From IMG/VR virus record IMGVR_UViG_3300001528_000192, positions 64,001 to 128,000 of that record: a stretch of DNA of 64,000 nucleotides, one strand, 5' to 3'. Within the stretch, counting starts at the first letter, position 1. Every line of letters begins with the position of its first letter. The notes beneath the pieces were generated by a model. It made no database searches. It saw only the letters and a program-made list of their open reading frames with translations, and was not told where the DNA came from. A program made the translations under genes and the position numbers. The DNA is from a virus (Duplodnaviria > Heunggongvirae > Uroviricota > Caudoviricetes). Shown in pieces: positions 61,951-64,000 of the stretch.

Positions 61951-62132
61951 ATCCTTTGCCTAGAAATGACTTGAAGGGGAAATATCCTAGGTGCCACTAT
62001 AACAAATTAGGAAAAGCTAAACAGGTATTCTTCTCAGAAGAATCTGCAGAAAAATATCTTAGAAAAATGAACCTTAAAGATTATACTATTTATTAGTGTA
62101 GATATTGCAGTTAGTATCACATAGCACATTGA
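61947..62132 (+). CDS. Small putative Zn-binding protein, 61 aa (TAG at 62094, 62112)
   Basis: MNPLPRNDLKGKYPRCHY...Y(Q)CRYCS(Q)YHIAH, with CxxC-x2-H. Visible only with TAG=Gln. Confidence 0.7.
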
Positions 62133-62190
62133 AAAAAAAAAGCCTCTGGCAGTACGAGAATCAACTCATACCGTCAGAGGCTTATTGTTT
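62132..62190. terminator. Bidirectional terminator at the convergence of the two transcription blocks
   Basis: A tract, then AAGCCTCTG...CAGAGGCTT imperfect hairpin (62140-62183), then a T-rich tract. Confidence 0.75.
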
Positions 62191-62692
62191 ATTGTTTTTC
62201 AAGCATTTCTATCTTGTCATTAATATAAAATACTGCTTTTCTCAAATCTTCTATAGTCTTCTCTTTGTTGGAGTACCCAAGTTCTTCCTTATGACCACAC
62301 CGTAAGATATACTTAATAGCATTTCCAAGATCAAAATCCATGTGTCTAGTAATATCTATTACTTCTATTCCACATAGTTCTTTTAACCAGGTGTAATGAG
62401 ATGGATGATTAACCTTATCCTCAAGGATAGTTGTTTCTTCAACTTCATCTATATCGCCAGCATCAACATCTAAGGGTACCAAGTTTTTACTCATTTCTGA
62501 ATAAAAATTCATAGCATCTGGAATGTTATTCCCAGTTGTATTATTAGTTATATCACAGGAAGTAATTACAGACGTTACTATTGATCCATTTAATTTCGAT
62601 TCTTTGGTGAGTCTAATTGTAAGAACATCTCCATTAGATACTATGGTATCACCATTTACCTTAAGTTTACTACCTATGTATTTAAATAACAT
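62189..62692 (-). CDS. DUF3310 (SaV-like) domain protein, 167 aa
   Basis: VNHPSHY...IEVIDI...FDLGNAIKYILR...EDLRKAVFYI. Confidence 0.88.
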   Translation of the reverse strand: MLFKYIGSKLKVNGDTIVSNGDVLTIRLTKESKLNGSIVTSVITSCDITNNTTGNNIPDAMNFYSEMSKNLVPLDVDAGDIDEVEETTILEDKVNHPSHYTWLKELCGIEVIDITRHMDFDLGNAIKYILRCGHKEELGYSNKEKTIEDLRKAVFYINDKIEMLEKQ

Positions 62693-63152
62693 ATCCCTTA
62701 ACGATAGATGAAACTAATTTCCCATCTGCTTGAGGATATTTATCCTTTACTGCCTTTATAACCTTCCCCATTTCCTTTTTAGGAATTTCTGGAGCGAAAT
62801 GTGCATCCATTTTCAGACTGCATAGATTATTTTCTTTGCAGTACTCAGCTATGAAAGAACATATCTGTGACTCATTTACAGGCTCTGGAAGCAACTTTTT
62901 TAGTACTCCCAATTCACTTGTATAGTCGGACACTAAGTCTTCTCTATGAGCCTCAGAGAAGTCTAAAATGGCGTCCTCCAAATTTTTGCACATTTTAGAG
63001 ATAAGTTGAATCTCAGTAGCGTCAGTGTAGGGCTTAGCATTTTTTGCTGTTTTAACCTTTTGTATTTCTGCTTTCAGGTTCTTGTAAGCACGGAGGGATA
63101 CTTTATCACCTGACTTCATTGAAGATTTTATAAGTTCATTAATGTCTAACAT
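62682..63152 (-). CDS. GatB/YqeY domain protein, 156 aa
   Basis: INELIKSSMKSGDKVSLRAYKNLKAEI...E...LKKLLPE...KEMGKVIKAVK...ADGKLVSSIVK follows the YqeY pattern. Confidence 0.85.
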   Translation of the reverse strand: MLDINELIKSSMKSGDKVSLRAYKNLKAEIQKVKTAKNAKPYTDATEIQLISKMCKNLEDAILDFSEAHREDLVSDYTSELGVLKKLLPEPVNESQICSFIAEYCKENNLCSLKMDAHFAPEIPKKEMGKVIKAVKDKYPQADGKLVSSIVKGYVI

Positions 63153-63155
63153 AAT

Positions 63156-63839
63156 TTAAATATCAAGATAAAGTGGCTCAAATGCAGGAGTATATTTTTC
63201 ATCTATATAACTTACATTATAATGCTTAGTATCTCCAATCATTACAAGGTTATGGTCTGCGGTGTGAATATGTCCACTTAAATGGAGCTTGGGCTTCTTC
63301 TCTAGGATGGCATCTCGCAACTCTACTGTTCCGAAATGCTCTTCTGTTCCCCATCCTATATCCTGCAAAGATTGGTCCGCATAACCATAAACCACATCAT
63401 GAGTAAGAAGAATATCCAAACCTTCTGGAATTTCAGAAAACTTCTCTTTCAGATCACTATTTGGTCTCATGTAAGCCCAATTGCCAAAGACCTTACAGTA
63501 TGGAGTTCCAAAAATTTTATAAGTTTCTCCATCACTTCCTAGGTACTCATAAGATTCGTGGAATAGGACTGTAGCCTTATTATGAGATCCGAAGAGTCTT
63601 TTATATTCATCCTCGTGACCTTCCATTCCTACCTCATGATTTCCTGGAATAAACAGGACTTTGTCGCAAGGTAGTTCGTTTGTCCATGGCTTGAACCAAT
63701 CAACATACCATTCCTTACAGCTTTTAGGATACCTCTGAGAGTGAAGGCTAACAATGTCTCCACAGATTAATACCAACTCACATGGATCTATTTTTGGAAG
63801 ATAGCCATGTAAATCACTTATTGCACAAATTTTTATCAT
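63156..63839 (-). CDS. Calcineurin-like metallophosphoesterase, 227 aa
   Basis: SDLHG, CGDI, GNHE, LTHD and GHIH motifs. Confidence 0.92.
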   Translation of the reverse strand: MIKICAISDLHGYLPKIDPCELVLICGDIVSLHSQRYPKSCKEWYVDWFKPWTNELPCDKVLFIPGNHEVGMEGHEDEYKRLFGSHNKATVLFHESYEYLGSDGETYKIFGTPYCKVFGNWAYMRPNSDLKEKFSEIPEGLDILLTHDVVYGYADQSLQDIGWGTEEHFGTVELRDAILEKKPKLHLSGHIHTADHNLVMIGDTKHYNVSYIDEKYTPAFEPLYLDI

Positions 63840-64000
63840 AATTCTACTGTGTATTTAGTTATCCAATCACCACATTGATCACAATGACCTAGATCCTCAA
63901 ATTCTCCTTGAGTTTCTACAAGATCCATTAGAACAGACTGTAAAGTGCCAAGGTCATCTTCTCTGTCAACTAACTTCTTAATGACTTCTTTTACATCCTT
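63836..64000 (-). CDS. Hypothetical protein, C-terminal part (truncated by window), CxxC motif
   Basis: ...EFEDLGHCDQCGDWITKYTVEL-TGA. The stop overlaps the ATG of the phosphoesterase. Confidence 0.7.
   Translation of the reverse strand, partial: KDVKEVIKKLVDREDDLGTLQSVLMDLVETQGEFEDLGHCDQCGDWITKYTVEL

Noticed and set aside
1-64000. CRISPR array, tRNA or rRNA genes
   Set aside because: No regularly spaced direct repeats or cloverleaf-like sequence in the few short intergenic regions.

Overview
AT-rich crAss-like (Crassvirales-type) phage genome segment, probably with a Bacteroidota host. It covers the virion/late module: tail genes, a DGR, endolysin, major capsid, tail and cargo proteins, and giant virion RNA polymerase-associated proteins. 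The last 1.8 kb is the end of an oppositely transcribed block. The supplied ORF track is badly fragmented because TAG is not a stop codon here. With TAG read as Gln (code 15), the + strand becomes about 35 tightly packed genes that end only in TAA/TGA, many joined by TAATG/ATGA overlaps, and TAG falls on invariant Gln positions of recognisable motifs. A complete diversity-generating retroelement sits at 736-4295: target gene with VR, then TR, then RT, with no visible avd. Its RT needs 8 TAG read-throughs and carries a C-terminal extension, while its target gene contains no TAG. Other notable items: an SF1 helicase module in a 2955-aa protein, a single-chain two-barrel RNAP (DYDID), a stand-alone zincin protein, a degenerate PD-(D/E)xK domain, and a repeated xxxGG peptide in the cargo-like genes. 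No tRNA, CRISPR array or intron was seen. All translations and counts were done by hand; family names are from motif recognition, not database searches.
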